A program made the position numbers and the translations under genes. From a virus (taxonomy: Duplodnaviria > Caudoviricetes): a stretch of DNA of 64,000 nt. A model generated the notes under the pieces. That model was not told the DNA's origin and ran no database searches. It worked only from the letters and a program-made list of their open reading frames with translations. This document shows positions 1-9,927 of this stretch, one piece after another; position 1 is the stretch's first letter; each line of letters starts with the position of its first letter. The stretch spans positions 3,622 through 67,621 of IMG/VR virus record IMGVR_UViG_3300031993_000067; one strand, 5' to 3'.

Positions 1-247
1 TCACATTGTGTTCTACCTCCAGTCTTCGTAACATCCTCCTCGCGACATGCTCATCCGCTCTTTTTGTCGGATAGTGATCAATGATTCTGATCTTCGTGCC
101 GGGCTTTTTGTTGAAGAAGTCCTGGATCAGTTCATCCACAATACGAGTTGATTTGCCAGTATGCCTACCAACAATATTGTGAAGCGCTTCATCTGGCATG
201 TTTTCTACCCAATCAATCGTTCTTTTTTGATCGTCAGTCAGTTCCAT
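1..247 (-). CDS. Hypothetical phage protein, runs off the left edge
   Basis: Manual translation from ATG at 247: MELTDDQKRTIDWVENMPDEALHNIVGRHTGKSTRIVDELIQDFF..., open to position 1. Confidence 0.6.
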   Translation of the reverse strand, partial: MELTDDQKRTIDWVENMPDEALHNIVGRHTGKSTRIVDELIQDFFNKKPGTKIRIIDHYPTKRADEHVARRMLRRLEVEHNV

Positions 248-250
248 ATC

Positions 251-538
251 CTATCCGAACAATGTTCCTGTCAATTCAACTTTCTTCTCAAGCGTGCCGT
301 TCATCGCCACCTCCTTGCAAGTGGTAAGGAACTCGGCCCGCTCGCCGGTAATCGGGCAGATGCCCTTGCGGATCACCCAGAGGACTCCGGCATCGCGGAG
401 TTCGGCAACCCGGCGACAAACGGATGCCCGCTCGATGTTCAGGCAGACCGCAATCTGCATCCTGGTCAGACCATCAGGATTGGGGGATGCAAGCAGGTCA
501 TAGACCTGTTGCTGCTGCGTTCGTGTATTCGGTGTCAT
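251..538 (-). CDS. Winged-helix HTH DNA-binding protein
   Basis: LTRMQIAVCLNIERASVCRRVAELRDAG is a wHTH pattern; start moved to MTPNTR just after the upstream stop. Confidence 0.7.
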   Translation of the reverse strand: MTPNTRTQQQQVYDLLASPNPDGLTRMQIAVCLNIERASVCRRVAELRDAGVLWVIRKGICPITGERAEFLTTCKEVAMNGTLEKKVELTGTLFG

Positions 539-540
539 GG

Positions 541-1236
541 TTATGAGTTTTTGAGAATCCACATATAGACCGCAGAGGTGAAGTCTGCAATCGGCGTGTT
601 CTTCCTGGCAAGACCAGTGATGAGGTCAAGGAACTCCTGGTTGGTCTGGAAAGCATCCGGAAGTAGTGAGATGGGGGAGTATCCGTTCGACCCAAGAGCA
701 TTGTGGAACGCTCCGCCATCCAGGTAATTGAAATGCGTGATGCCTTTCTCCTCGTTGTACTCAAGGATGAAGAGGCGGTCGTTCGTCTGCGTTTCGAAAG
801 GGTTCGTCCACTCGCAGTATGCAGGATCAAACGGCTTCAAGTCCTCGGCAAGTTTGTCGAGCGTCGTGGACATATATCCGTTCTTCCCCTTGCGGAGAGT
901 CTTGGCGTATGACTTGAGGCTATCTATGAGTGAAGAACGCTCGCGCATGAAATCGCGGCAGGTGGTGATGGTGTCAAGTTTTCTCATGGTGTTATCTCTT
1001 TGTGTTTCGTTGTATTCTTCGTTCCAGCTCCTCCCGGCCCAGTATCTCTTGTCATAGAAACATCGACGGATGGTGTTGAAATCGGCTGGGTTGTCGAGAT
1101 GGAGTTGCCATACATCGTCGCCGTTGGAAATGATCTCGGCGAGTCGCCCAGGCCACTTGTCTTGGACGATCCGCTCACCCGGCTCAAGCACAACGCTTTG
1201 AGCCGTCCGGTAGTAAGCATAAACCTTGCAGTCCAT
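541..1236 (-). CDS. Hypothetical phage protein
   Basis: 231-aa ORF tightly packed in the operon. Confidence 0.75.
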   Translation of the reverse strand: MDCKVYAYYRTAQSVVLEPGERIVQDKWPGRLAEIISNGDDVWQLHLDNPADFNTIRRCFYDKRYWAGRSWNEEYNETQRDNTMRKLDTITTCRDFMRERSSLIDSLKSYAKTLRKGKNGYMSTTLDKLAEDLKPFDPAYCEWTNPFETQTNDRLFILEYNEEKGITHFNYLDGGAFHNALGSNGYSPISLLPDAFQTNQEFLDLITGLARKNTPIADFTSAVYMWILKNS

Positions 1237-1241
1237 AGGCG

Positions 1242-3293
1242 TCAGAAATTATCGTAATACGGAACATTCGTGAAATCCGGCATATCCTCAAACTCTGCCT
1301 GTACGGGTTGCTCGTCCCAACCGTAGATGATGTTCTCGGCTTTCTCGTTCTTGAGCCGTCTGGTTTCTTGCTCGTAGTAGAGACCGACAAGCAAGTCCTG
1401 GACGCCGGATGTCCTCGCCTTGACGACCTCGACCACGAGCGAGTAGTCCATGAGTTCCTGGACGGCGATAGGGCCGAAGAACTCGCGGCCACGCTTCTCG
1501 AAGTCACGGCCAACGCGATGGAGGAGGACGACATTGAACGCGAGGTTCGTGATGTCGCTCGATCCCGCGATACTCTCCTTACGGATGAGCTGCGTGAGGT
1601 TTTCCTTCCTCGGATGCGCGACGAGGACGATGTGAGTGTTCGTCCGCTTTGCGATGTCCGTCAGTTCAAGGATGAACTCGCGGTCTTTCTCGTTCGCGTC
1701 CCCAACGATGTTGTCGATCAAAAGGCTCATCTTGTTATCAAGGACGATGAGGTTCGCATTGTGCTGCTTGATGCAGTCTTCGATGTCTGCGCAGAGCTGG
1801 CTCCATCGGTTCCCGTATGAGTTCTCGTAGATGTGAAACCTATCGCCGAGCCAATCGTTGATCTTGTCGCGGATTCTCTTCGGGACCGAGTAGAGGTTGT
1901 CCGTCCCAGGGACGCTCTCTACATTGTTCTTCCCTGCGGCCATCTGGTCGATCCAAGCAACTATTCGTCCTCCGGCCATTTCTCCCGACCAGAGCGCAAC
2001 ATGGTAGTTCCTTTGGACTGCTGTAAGGATGAGGTGGTTGACAAATGTCGTCTTTCCGCTACCCGATCCGCCGGAGAGGACAGTTACCTCTCCAAGAATC
2101 ATCCCCATCGTCTTCCGGTCTATGGACGGGATGCCGAACGGGATAGCCTGGGCATCCTTGAGGTCGAAGAACTTGAACTCCGATGCGGTCTTCCACTTGT
2201 GACCGCGACCGTCCTCTGGCACCGGCTTTAGGTCTTCTTGGCGAATTGGGGCGTTATATTTGCGCTTCCGGTCGAATGCCTCGTATTCCCTCCGGTCGTA
2301 TGCTTGAGGGTCATAAAACAGCCTAAAATCACGCCAATGGTATTGCTGGCAGGAAGCGTGGAGGCACTTGAAAGCGAACGCCCCATTGTCAAGCGCGAAG
2401 ATGGCCGCATCCGGCGCCTTGTGGTTGTTGTTGAACGGACACTCCTTGAGGATGTATTTCGTTCCTCCGGAGAACCTGACAACCTTGACCACCTCGATGT
2501 TGTGTTCCTGGAGGAAAGCGTCGAGGTCGAAGCGCTCGGTGTTGTAGTTGTTGTACTGGCTGGGCCTCTCCGGTTCCGGTAGCATCGCGGCGACCTTCTG
2601 GATGTAGGCGATGTTCGTTTCCTTGTACTCGCTTGGAACCTTGAGTATCTTGGAAATCCGCTGCGGCCTGTCATGTGTGTTGGCGCCCTTGCTTGAGGTC
2701 GTGCCGATCAGTTTGGCGATGCGGGCGGCATTGAAGACCGAGGTGTCCACCATCGCGCCGCCGTCCTCGTTGTCCGAGAAGAGCATATCGAGCGCCTGGA
2801 GGAACTTCTTGATAGTCTCGTTCACCTCCGGCGAGTTGGCGAGGAAGACCTTGTAGAGCAGATGGTATCCGTTTGCGGAGTCGGCAACCACCGGCTTCTC
2901 GAATCCCTGCTCGTCAAGGAACTTGTAAATCTCCAGCGCTTTCTTGTGCGACGCCTCCTTCTCGCTGTCGCTCGCATTCGTGCCGCTCGTGCGCTTGGGG
3001 TCGATGTCGATCAGGAGCGTGGTGCGGTAGTCGATGTCGTTGTCCGAAGTGGTCTCTTTCGGCTTCTGGATGATGCAATCGTGCTGCATCCGTCCATAGC
3101 AGGATTCCTTGACCGCGTTGATGGTCGCGTAGATTCCATAGCCATCAAAACTGCGGATGTCACGAAGGACCGCCTCAACATCGGTGTAGTATCCGGAGAA
3201 TGTCTTCCCATTCCCCAAGATTCGTATTTCCGTCAGCGGGTTGTCAGCCTTGAACAGCGACCACCAACATCGAATTGTCATTTCGTCAATCAT
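1242..3293 (-). CDS. Primase-helicase fusion (AEP-like N-terminus, SF4 DnaB/Twinkle-type helicase C-terminus)
   Basis: N-terminal LLIDIDP and SANGYH motifs; Cys/His cluster CPF..H..C.H..C; Walker A SGGSGSGKT, Walker B LIVLDN, HIVLVAHPRK and IAGSSDITN motifs. Confidence 0.85.
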   Translation of the reverse strand: MIDEMTIRCWWSLFKADNPLTEIRILGNGKTFSGYYTDVEAVLRDIRSFDGYGIYATINAVKESCYGRMQHDCIIQKPKETTSDNDIDYRTTLLIDIDPKRTSGTNASDSEKEASHKKALEIYKFLDEQGFEKPVVADSANGYHLLYKVFLANSPEVNETIKKFLQALDMLFSDNEDGGAMVDTSVFNAARIAKLIGTTSSKGANTHDRPQRISKILKVPSEYKETNIAYIQKVAAMLPEPERPSQYNNYNTERFDLDAFLQEHNIEVVKVVRFSGGTKYILKECPFNNNHKAPDAAIFALDNGAFAFKCLHASCQQYHWRDFRLFYDPQAYDRREYEAFDRKRKYNAPIRQEDLKPVPEDGRGHKWKTASEFKFFDLKDAQAIPFGIPSIDRKTMGMILGEVTVLSGGSGSGKTTFVNHLILTAVQRNYHVALWSGEMAGGRIVAWIDQMAAGKNNVESVPGTDNLYSVPKRIRDKINDWLGDRFHIYENSYGNRWSQLCADIEDCIKQHNANLIVLDNKMSLLIDNIVGDANEKDREFILELTDIAKRTNTHIVLVAHPRKENLTQLIRKESIAGSSDITNLAFNVVLLHRVGRDFEKRGREFFGPIAVQELMDYSLVVEVVKARTSGVQDLLVGLYYEQETRRLKNEKAENIIYGWDEQPVQAEFEDMPDFTNVPYYDNF

Positions 3294-4048
3294 ACATCCT
3301 GGGGTCTTCGGATTCTTTTCTGGTCAAATAGCGATAGTTCCTGCTGGGCTGGTGTCACAATGGTAGGTGTTTCTGAGTAGTCCGGCAGATTGTTGAGGAA
3401 AGTGGAGAACATCTTGGTATATGCTCCGTGGTTCTCGGAGAGATACTGATTGATCGTGTTCGTCAACTCTTCCTCAGTATGAGAGTCAAGAAGTCTTGAG
3501 AGTTTATCCTTGTCCTTACCTGATTTCAGGGAAACCCGGTTGCCGTCGGCGCGGACGACAGAAGCGGGGTACATGGCATAAAGCCGTAGGACGGCATCGG
3601 ATTTTTCTTTAGATACTTTAGTATCTTTCTTTCTTGTATTATTTATTTTATTTATTTCTTTAGTAATGTCTTCGTCTGCGTTACCTTTTGCGTTACTTTC
3701 TGCGTTACTTTCTGCGTTTGAGTTCGGCTGGTACTTGTCGTAGTTAACGATTGATATTATGGAAGTTACATTGCTTTTTCTGCGTATCACTTTGCCACAC
3801 CTTTCGAGGGTATCAAGTGCGTGTGTGGTTGCGTTTACACTCCAGCACCAGCGCTCTGAAAGAATCCTGACGGAAGTGGCGAGTTCACCGCGATTCAGAT
3901 GGATGATTTGTCCCTTGATGTTGACATCTCGATCCTTGTATTCGGCGAGCTGAATCAAGTCGATGAAAGCAAATGTTTCGTTCGCTTTACCGGGCTTGAA
4001 AGTCTTGTCCGTAAACAGGTCTCTCGGTATGGTGATATATCCAGCCAT
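3290..4048 (-). CDS. Phage replication initiator / replisome organiser (lambda O-like)
   Basis: GYITIPR...RGELATSVRILSERWCWS...SIISIVNYDKYQ N-terminal wHTH pattern; internal SNAE repeats. Confidence 0.8.
   Translation of the reverse strand: MAGYITIPRDLFTDKTFKPGKANETFAFIDLIQLAEYKDRDVNIKGQIIHLNRGELATSVRILSERWCWSVNATTHALDTLERCGKVIRRKSNVTSIISIVNYDKYQPNSNAESNAESNAKGNADEDITKEINKINNTRKKDTKVSKEKSDAVLRLYAMYPASVVRADGNRVSLKSGKDKDKLSRLLDSHTEEELTNTINQYLSENHGAYTKMFSTFLNNLPDYSETPTIVTPAQQELSLFDQKRIRRPQDV
3676..3722. repeat. 12-bp iterons inside the initiator gene next to an AT-rich tract (putative theta origin)
   Basis: CTGCGTTACCTT TTGCGTTACTTT CTGCGTTACTTT CTGCGTTTGAGT tandem units; AT-rich 3601-3665 adjacent, as in lambda ori within O. 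Confidence 0.6.
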
Positions 4049-4252
4049 TAGTCTTGGTGATAAAACACTTGCGCCCCTTCATCTTCTCTTTTTCAAGAGG
4101 TAGCGCGTAAGACGAAGAGGCGCAAGCCAAATATGATGTATGACACAAATTGGCGGGTTTGCACTATGTCCGTCCTTCGCGCTACTTAAAGGAACATAAC
4201 AAAGATGCAAAACCATTTAATTCCGAGAAACAAAAAGTTTCACTTGGAAAAA

Positions 4253-4999
4253 CTATTCCAGCCCATAGTGCTGGCGAAGCGCGGACTCAAGGCCCTCGCT
4301 CCATCCGTGGGCGGAGTTGCAGACCCAGATTTTCCTGTTGAGAGCATCGGCGAAGCCCCTCTTGTCAAGCGGCTCGTAGTACACCCCGAACTTGTAACCG
4401 TCATCGTTGCGCATCTGGTGCGGAACGAGCCTCGGACGGAACTTGTTGAAGTAGATGTTCTCGATGACATAACTCTCGTGAATCAGGTCGTAGTCCTGGA
4501 TGATGGACGCGAGTTTATCGAACTTGTAGTAGAGGGGGAGGTGAGTGACCCAGTTGACGACGCCGAGACCTTCGCGGTCGCAGAGGTGGCGTGTCTTGAC
4601 AAGGTTGCGCCTCCAGGGGTTCGGATGAAGCTCTCCCTTCCACGGCATCTCGGCATCCTGGAACTTCGGCTGCTTCACATCGGCGATGGTGAAGTCGTTG
4701 ACCGCATAGCAGTCATCGGACGCCCAGATGCAGCCGTCATAGGCGCCGGAGAAAGCGTTGATCACCTCCCGCATCTTGTTTGCGATGTCGAGGTGAGGGC
4801 GGTACTGGCCGTCAACCTCCGGCAAGCGGTCAACCTTGAGTACGGTGTCGATGTTCTGGATGCCGGGATCGTCACCGACAACCACGATGCGGCACTTGCT
4901 CTTGAAGTGCTTCCGCCAACCCTCGACGGCGAGGCGGATTTCAGACCCCTGCGCGTCTTCCGAGACAAAGGGGATCACTACGAGAATTTCCTTTTTCAT
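4253..4999 (-). CDS. Stealth-like / GT-A fold sugar(-phosphate) transferase
   Basis: GSEIRLAVEGWRKH..RIVVVGDDP, CIWASDDCY (Stealth NDD-like) and THLPLYY motifs. Confidence 0.5.
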   Translation of the reverse strand: MKKEILVVIPFVSEDAQGSEIRLAVEGWRKHFKSKCRIVVVGDDPGIQNIDTVLKVDRLPEVDGQYRPHLDIANKMREVINAFSGAYDGCIWASDDCYAVNDFTIADVKQPKFQDAEMPWKGELHPNPWRRNLVKTRHLCDREGLGVVNWVTHLPLYYKFDKLASIIQDYDLIHESYVIENIYFNKFRPRLVPHQMRNDDGYKFGVYYEPLDKRGFADALNRKIWVCNSAHGWSEGLESALRQHYGLE

Positions 5000-5436
5000 C
5001 AGTAGTTGGATAGATATTGTTCAAAGACTTCCTGGGTGATGTTGATGCGCGTCTGGAGGATGCTCCAGATAACATCTTTCACCCTTTCGTAGCAATCGTT
5101 GAACTCCGCCTCGTCCATAGAGGCGAAGGACATTGATTTCGGAATCTCCACGAACTCCTTGAGCCGAGGAGAGTAGTAGGTGTCGTAGAACCCCGCAGCA
5201 ACGAGAAGGTAGGCGCGGAATCCTTCGAGAGAGCGGAAACCGCCTTGGGTCTTCTCCGGAAGGAGCGCCCAGGCGGTGTTAAGCATCGACCAGAATTTCC
5301 GGTGGAATTGGATGTTCCGCGCCACCTTGATCTCCGCCATATAGACTTGTCCGGCCCGGAGTTTCTTCTTTTCATCGAAGTCGGACTCGTAGAGCGGGAC
5401 AAGCCCCACGGCGGTGTTTTGCAAGAGGAGTTTCAT
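4999..5436 (-). CDS. DUF1367-family protein
   Basis: LVPLYESDF...RNIQFHRKFW...PKSMSFASMDEAEF pattern. Confidence 0.75.
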   Translation of the reverse strand: MKLLLQNTAVGLVPLYESDFDEKKKLRAGQVYMAEIKVARNIQFHRKFWSMLNTAWALLPEKTQGGFRSLEGFRAYLLVAAGFYDTYYSPRLKEFVEIPKSMSFASMDEAEFNDCYERVKDVIWSILQTRINITQEVFEQYLSNY

Positions 5437-5969
5437 CAGAACGGTAGGTCGTCAGTCTGACCTGTTTGTGCGACGGGCGGCTGCGGTGCGGGCGGCGCCT
5501 GCTGATACTGCGGCTGCGGAGCCGGGGCAGGAGCAGGAGCGGCGGGTTGCACGGGCTGTTGGTATGTCGGTGCAGGCGGCGCTACCGGGGCTTGCGCATA
5601 GACCGGGCCAGCGGGCTGCTGGTAGGACGGGGCGGGTGCTGCTGCTTGAGGACGAGGACCGCAAAGACGGAGGACATCGGCGCGGATTTTCTTCTTCTCG
5701 TGCGTGACGCCCTGGTTGTCGGTCCATCTGTCGGTCTTGATCCGGCCTTCGACCAAGACGCTCGCGCCCTTCGTCAAGTAGGGAGTTACGCCGGACATGT
5801 TCCAGATTTCGACATCGTGGAACTCGGTTTCCTCGGCGATAGAACCGTCGTTTTTCTTGTATTTCTCGGACGTGGCCACGCCTATCAGCGCGACCTGGTT
5901 CTGGCCAACCTGACGGACCTCTGCGTTCTTGGTCAAGTTGCCTTGAATGATGACTTTTTGGTAGCTCAT
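5436..5969 (-). CDS. ssb: Single-stranded DNA-binding protein
   Basis: KVIIQGNL, ETEFHDVEIW, KGASVLVEGRIKT; Pro/Gln linker; acidic DDLPF tail. Confidence 0.95.
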   Translation of the reverse strand: MSYQKVIIQGNLTKNAEVRQVGQNQVALIGVATSEKYKKNDGSIAEETEFHDVEIWNMSGVTPYLTKGASVLVEGRIKTDRWTDNQGVTHEKKKIRADVLRLCGPRPQAAAPAPSYQQPAGPVYAQAPVAPPAPTYQQPVQPAAPAPAPAPQPQYQQAPPAPQPPVAQTGQTDDLPF

Positions 5970-5970
5970 A

Positions 5971-6903
5971 TTATTCTGTTGGTTTGAAAGACAATGAAGC
6001 GGCCACCTCTACTTGTTTAGTGACCTTCTCGAATACAGCCGGGTAGAGCTTCTGCAACTTGGCAGAGTCCACGCGGTTCTGTGTGTATGATTTCTTGCGC
6101 TTGAAGACTCCTCCCGGAGCCGCCATCTCGTCAAGGTCGTTGTCGGCCATATAAGCCAACATCCGTTCGTCGTAGAACTTCAATCCCGCCTCGATCTCCT
6201 TGATCTTCGCCTTGAGCGCGGCGATTTCGTTCGCCTTGGAGATGTAGGTGGCCAACTCGTCTTCCTTGAGTACGAGGGAGGCGTCCGGAATATCGTTCTC
6301 GTCGATGTAGATAAGGCCGTTCCGTTCCGCTTCTATGAGCGCGGCAACCTCCTCTGCCGAGACGGGTTCGATCGGGATCAGGCCCTTGATCTTGCGGGTC
6401 TTCTTGTCGATCCACATGCAGAAGCATCCCTCTACCTCTTTGTCTGGATTCAACCGTTCAAAGTAGACTTTGTAGATGCCAAGTTGCCATTGGAGCGCAC
6501 GGCGGTGAAGGTCGAGCGTTGTCTTGATGTCAACGAGAACCGCCTTGCCGTTTCGGTTCTCGTAAACCTTGTCGATGGCGGAGGCAATCGTCTCGTAGTC
6601 GGTAATCGGGTACTCGCTCTCGACGGATTTAAGACCATTGGCGAGACAGAGGTCACGATACTCATCAATGAGTTCGGATGCGAAGATCGCCTCTCCGCTA
6701 TCGTAGTCCTCGATCTCCTTGTGGATGGCCGTCCCCTCCTCTGCCGCCTTTTTCAAGATAGACGCAGGGATGTTCCCATAGTCGGCGCCCAAGTTGTGCT
6801 TCCGCATCAACTCGGTAACGCCCATCAGTAGGACATCGCCATCCAGGAGATATGAGTGGGATATGGGGTCAAAGAAGACCCGATCGTCATGATGCAGTTC
6901 CAT
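5971..6903 (-). CDS. PD-(D/E)XK (Cas4-like) exonuclease
   Basis: AAEEGTAIHKEIE, ASAIDKV...VDIKTT, WQLGIYK; start moved to MELHHDD. Confidence 0.8.
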   Translation of the reverse strand: MELHHDDRVFFDPISHSYLLDGDVLLMGVTELMRKHNLGADYGNIPASILKKAAEEGTAIHKEIEDYDSGEAIFASELIDEYRDLCLANGLKSVESEYPITDYETIASAIDKVYENRNGKAVLVDIKTTLDLHRRALQWQLGIYKVYFERLNPDKEVEGCFCMWIDKKTRKIKGLIPIEPVSAEEVAALIEAERNGLIYIDENDIPDASLVLKEDELATYISKANEIAALKAKIKEIEAGLKFYDERMLAYMADNDLDEMAAPGGVFKRKKSYTQNRVDSAKLQKLYPAVFEKVTKQVEVAASLSFKPTE

Positions 6904-7481
6904 TGAGCAATTCCTTTTTGCGTTTGTTGAATGCAAGGAGTACGGCCTTGTTTCCCTTGAGCTGTTCGCCGTACTTTTGCCATGCTGCATCAAGTTCGGC
7001 GACGGAATTGAGCGACTTGAAATAGGATTCCCAATTCATATCGTTCAGCTCTTGTTCCGGCGTCTTGACGGCATCAACATCATCTTCGTCGGTGGCGATG
7101 TGGAATTGCTTCATGATCACATAGCGCTCGGCATAAGTGACTGCACTACCTAAAGACTTGTCAAAGGAGTTCATGCCGCTACTGGCCCACTCGATTGGGA
7201 GTTTTTCGCCGGACTCAACATCGACCCAGGTAAAGAGCATTTTCACAGCACAGAACATCTCTGTCTTCTGGCCGTTGCGCGTGTTGTACTCTTGCCGGGT
7301 GTAGGTCGCTTCCTTAATCTCGGAAAGAAGAAGGAGGCCGAGGTCGTCCATAATGGGGCGCACGATGCCGAGAAGTTTATTCCCGGTCACATATTGGTAT
7401 TTGTTCTGGTCGGCAGAGCCGTCCTTGCTAAGACCAATAATGCGCGTCTGGACTTCAAGGAGTTTAGAATAGATTGACATA
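6887..7481 (-). CDS. erf: ERF-family ssDNA annealing protein
   Basis: MSIYSKLLEVQ...KYQY...DKSLGSAVTYAERY...DDVDA pattern. Confidence 0.85.
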
Positions 7482-7790
7482 CTCTTGAGTATTAAAAAAC
7501 AGACCGGGGAAAGGTGAATACCACGAAGACAAAAGCAAGGGCGAGGACGAAGACCTCCGCTCCCGTCAAAGTCAAAGGTAAAGTCAGAAAATGAATCTTT
7601 GGGAGCAGAGCCATTGTTGTAAGTTGCGGAGTCGGACCGCGTCTCAAGAACCAAATTCTTGCGAGCTTACCAGTTGCTCTATTGCTTTTGGCTATGGGCA
7701 GTGACGCGCCCATAGATTGGATTTAAGTCACCTATTTTGTATTCACCCTCCCCGTTGGTCTGGGTTTCGGGACAGGCCCTCAGCCCCAGA

Positions 7791-8678
7791 TTATCTGTTT
7801 ACTGCGTCGTAAAGGTCCCGATACTGATTGGGGATAATGATTTTCAGAGCCTCGATCTCCTTGCGGCGGTCGATTCTCGTCTGCTTGTCGGAGAGATGGA
7901 TTTCTACAACCATCCGGTTGTACTCGTCCATCATCTTGTCGTACTTTTCCTGTTGCTCGCGGTTATCATCAAGCCGCTGCTGCTCGTCACTCTTGACGGT
8001 TTCCTCAATCTCGTGGTTGAGGCCGTTGAGTTGGGCTTCTGATTTCCGGTGTTCGGCCTGGAGGTCAGCGATGATGTCGTCGATCTCGTTGATCGTCATC
8101 GCATTCTCGCGGTGGATGAATACGGTTTCACGCCCAGTGTTAGCAACCTTGTCCGGCTCGGTGAAAGCATCGAAGGCGCGGAGGCGCTGGTTGTGAAGAT
8201 GGCCGCCGGGGTGGATGTACTCGCCGTAGGTCGCGGCGCGGGCCTGCGTTGCGAGGTAGGTCACGCGGTCGCCGATGCTCATCTTCTCGAAGACCATATC
8301 TACCGTGACGGGTCGCTTCGGAACCGGAGGTGGAGGCGGTCCAGGGAGTTCGGTTGAGAATGCCTCAATCTCGTCCGTAAGGAGCTTCTTGCACTTGATT
8401 GCTTCACGCAGGAAAGCAATGAAGCCCTTGCATCTTGCAATCTCGTCCAGGTTGCTTTTGAATGTCTGGCTGTCCATCGTGAACTCCTTCTTGCAGAGGT
8501 GCTTTTCGGTGCTGCCGATGATCTGCATCGTCTCGGTAGTGAAGTTCACGGAATTAAGTGTGTTCTCGATCGACTCATACCGCATTTTCAGCATATTTGC
8601 GATATGGTTCGCAGAGGTGGCGGTCAGGCCGCTCTCCCCGAAGAATCCCTCCGGGATGGGTGAAAAGTTAGTGATCAT
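7791..8678 (-). CDS. Hypothetical coiled-coil protein
   Basis: 295-aa ORF in the operon. Confidence 0.75.
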   Translation of the reverse strand: MITNFSPIPEGFFGESGLTATSANHIANMLKMRYESIENTLNSVNFTTETMQIIGSTEKHLCKKEFTMDSQTFKSNLDEIARCKGFIAFLREAIKCKKLLTDEIEAFSTELPGPPPPPVPKRPVTVDMVFEKMSIGDRVTYLATQARAATYGEYIHPGGHLHNQRLRAFDAFTEPDKVANTGRETVFIHRENAMTINEIDDIIADLQAEHRKSEAQLNGLNHEIEETVKSDEQQRLDDNREQQEKYDKMMDEYNRMVVEIHLSDKQTRIDRRKEIEALKIIIPNQYRDLYDAVNR

Positions 8679-9100
8679 ATTTGTTTTCCGTTAATGTATT
8701 TCAGAAGATTGCCGTCCACGACATACCAATTCTCCTCGGACTTGCCGTAGGGTGCGAATTGCGGGTAGAGGTCTGGGGCTTTTGTGTAAAGACGGCGCTT
8801 GTGCTGGTCGCAGAAGTCTTTGGTGAGGAAAGAAGGGCGATAAGGAAATGCGTATGCGTTTTCTTGCTGCGCCGCATCCTCGTCGCCGATCTCGTAATAC
8901 TGCAAGCAAAGTGTATAGCTCGAAAGCCAATCCCAATGCTTCTCGTACATCTTGACGACAGGATGATTGAACCATCCGTCCTTCCGTCCGGTGATGGCAT
9001 CAAGAATCTGTCTGCACTCGATGATCTGCTTGCGGAGGCGCCGCTTGTCGAGGCACTTCGCCACATCAATCGGCGACGGGAATGGTACAAAGACTTGCAT
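8675..9100 (-). CDS. Pyrimidine-dimer DNA glycosylase / T4 endonuclease V-like (MSMEG_6728 type)
   Basis: MQVFVP...LDKRRLRKQIIECRQIL...GWFNHPVVKMY signature. Confidence 0.75.
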   Translation of the reverse strand: MQVFVPFPSPIDVAKCLDKRRLRKQIIECRQILDAITGRKDGWFNHPVVKMYEKHWDWLSSYTLCLQYYEIGDEDAAQQENAYAFPYRPSFLTKDFCDQHKRRLYTKAPDLYPQFAPYGKSEENWYVVDGNLLKYINGKQI

Positions 9101-9110
9101 TGTGATAGTG

Positions 9111-9320
9111 TTAAAGTATTCCTGCTTGCCATTCGTCTCGATGACGCTTGCGGCTTTGTATGAACTCTATCTCTACCTTTCCGGCTTCCGTTTCGGCGCT
9201 ATTCGTGTCAATATCCTCCCACCTTGTGTCCTTGGCGCGATTGATTGCTTCCTTGTCCTTTTCTGTCAATAGCTTCTCTCTCTCCCACCAAGGAAGGCTT
9301 CGGATTTCTTGGTCGCTCAT
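9111..9320 (-). CDS. Small hypothetical protein
   Basis: MSDQEIRSLPWWERE..., ATGA overlap with the upstream gene. Confidence 0.65.
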   Translation of the reverse strand: MSDQEIRSLPWWEREKLLTEKDKEAINRAKDTRWEDIDTNSAETEAGKVEIEFIQSRKRHRDEWQAGIL

Positions 9321-9508
9321 ATATTCTGCGAGATTTTGTCGCGCAGAGCCACGGCGATAAGGAAAGGCGCGGCGAGGCAAGACGCGAGGTTGTAGATGTA
9401 CTGCCACCCTCGGTTGATTCCGAGTTCGCAGAGAAAGTCGGTGACAATCCCGATTCCGAGAATCACCACAAGCGCCCAAGCGAGGGCGCTGATCCATTTC
9501 CTTTTCAT
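9317..9508 (-). CDS. Small two-TM membrane protein
   Basis: Two hydrophobic segments in 63 aa. Confidence 0.65.
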   Translation of the reverse strand: MKRKWISALAWALVVILGIGIVTDFLCELGINRGWQYIYNLASCLAAPFLIAVALRDKISQNI

Positions 9509-9579
9509 ATAGAGTGTTATTGATTACGAGAGAAAGGGGCGGCGTATAAGAACAAAGAAACTATCCGATTCTGGCCACA

Positions 9580-9852
9580 TCAAGAAGCCGCCCCCGCCGT
9601 TTCACAACGGCTATATGTAGTAGGTTGTAAGTGGTTTCTCTTGTTTCCAAGCATCATATCCCGGCGGAGGCACCCGCAACTCAAGGTCGCGCCCCGGCGC
9701 AGGTTGATGCCGAGTGCCGTGAACTCCTGGCCGCAGTCGCATCTGACTCGCCAGGTTGTCATCCGGTTGTCGGTGAGATCATCCTGGCAGATGACGGTAA
9801 GGCGACCGAAGCGCCTGCCAGTAAGGTCTATATAGTTCTTAGAGTGTTTCAT
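9580..9852 (-). CDS. Stand-alone homing-endonuclease-associated Cys domain, no HNH or AP2 partner domain
   Basis: DLTGRRFGRLTV...WRVRCDCG...LRRGATLSCGC motif typical of phage HNH/AP2 endonuclease N-termini. Confidence 0.7.
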   Translation of the reverse strand: MKHSKNYIDLTGRRFGRLTVICQDDLTDNRMTTWRVRCDCGQEFTALGINLRRGATLSCGCLRRDMMLGNKRNHLQPTTYSRCETAGAAS

Positions 9853-9927
9853 AATAGAAAGCCCCGCTCAGGCGGCACGGGAGAGAAAAAGATAACCTAT
9901 GGAGATGAGAAGAAGCCTGGTGGCGCA

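Noticed and set aside
7492-7713. Small hydrophobic ORF upstream of erf as a type I toxin
   Set aside because: The 40-70-aa ORF is plausible, but I found no antisense promoter-terminator pair and the start is ambiguous, so support is insufficient.
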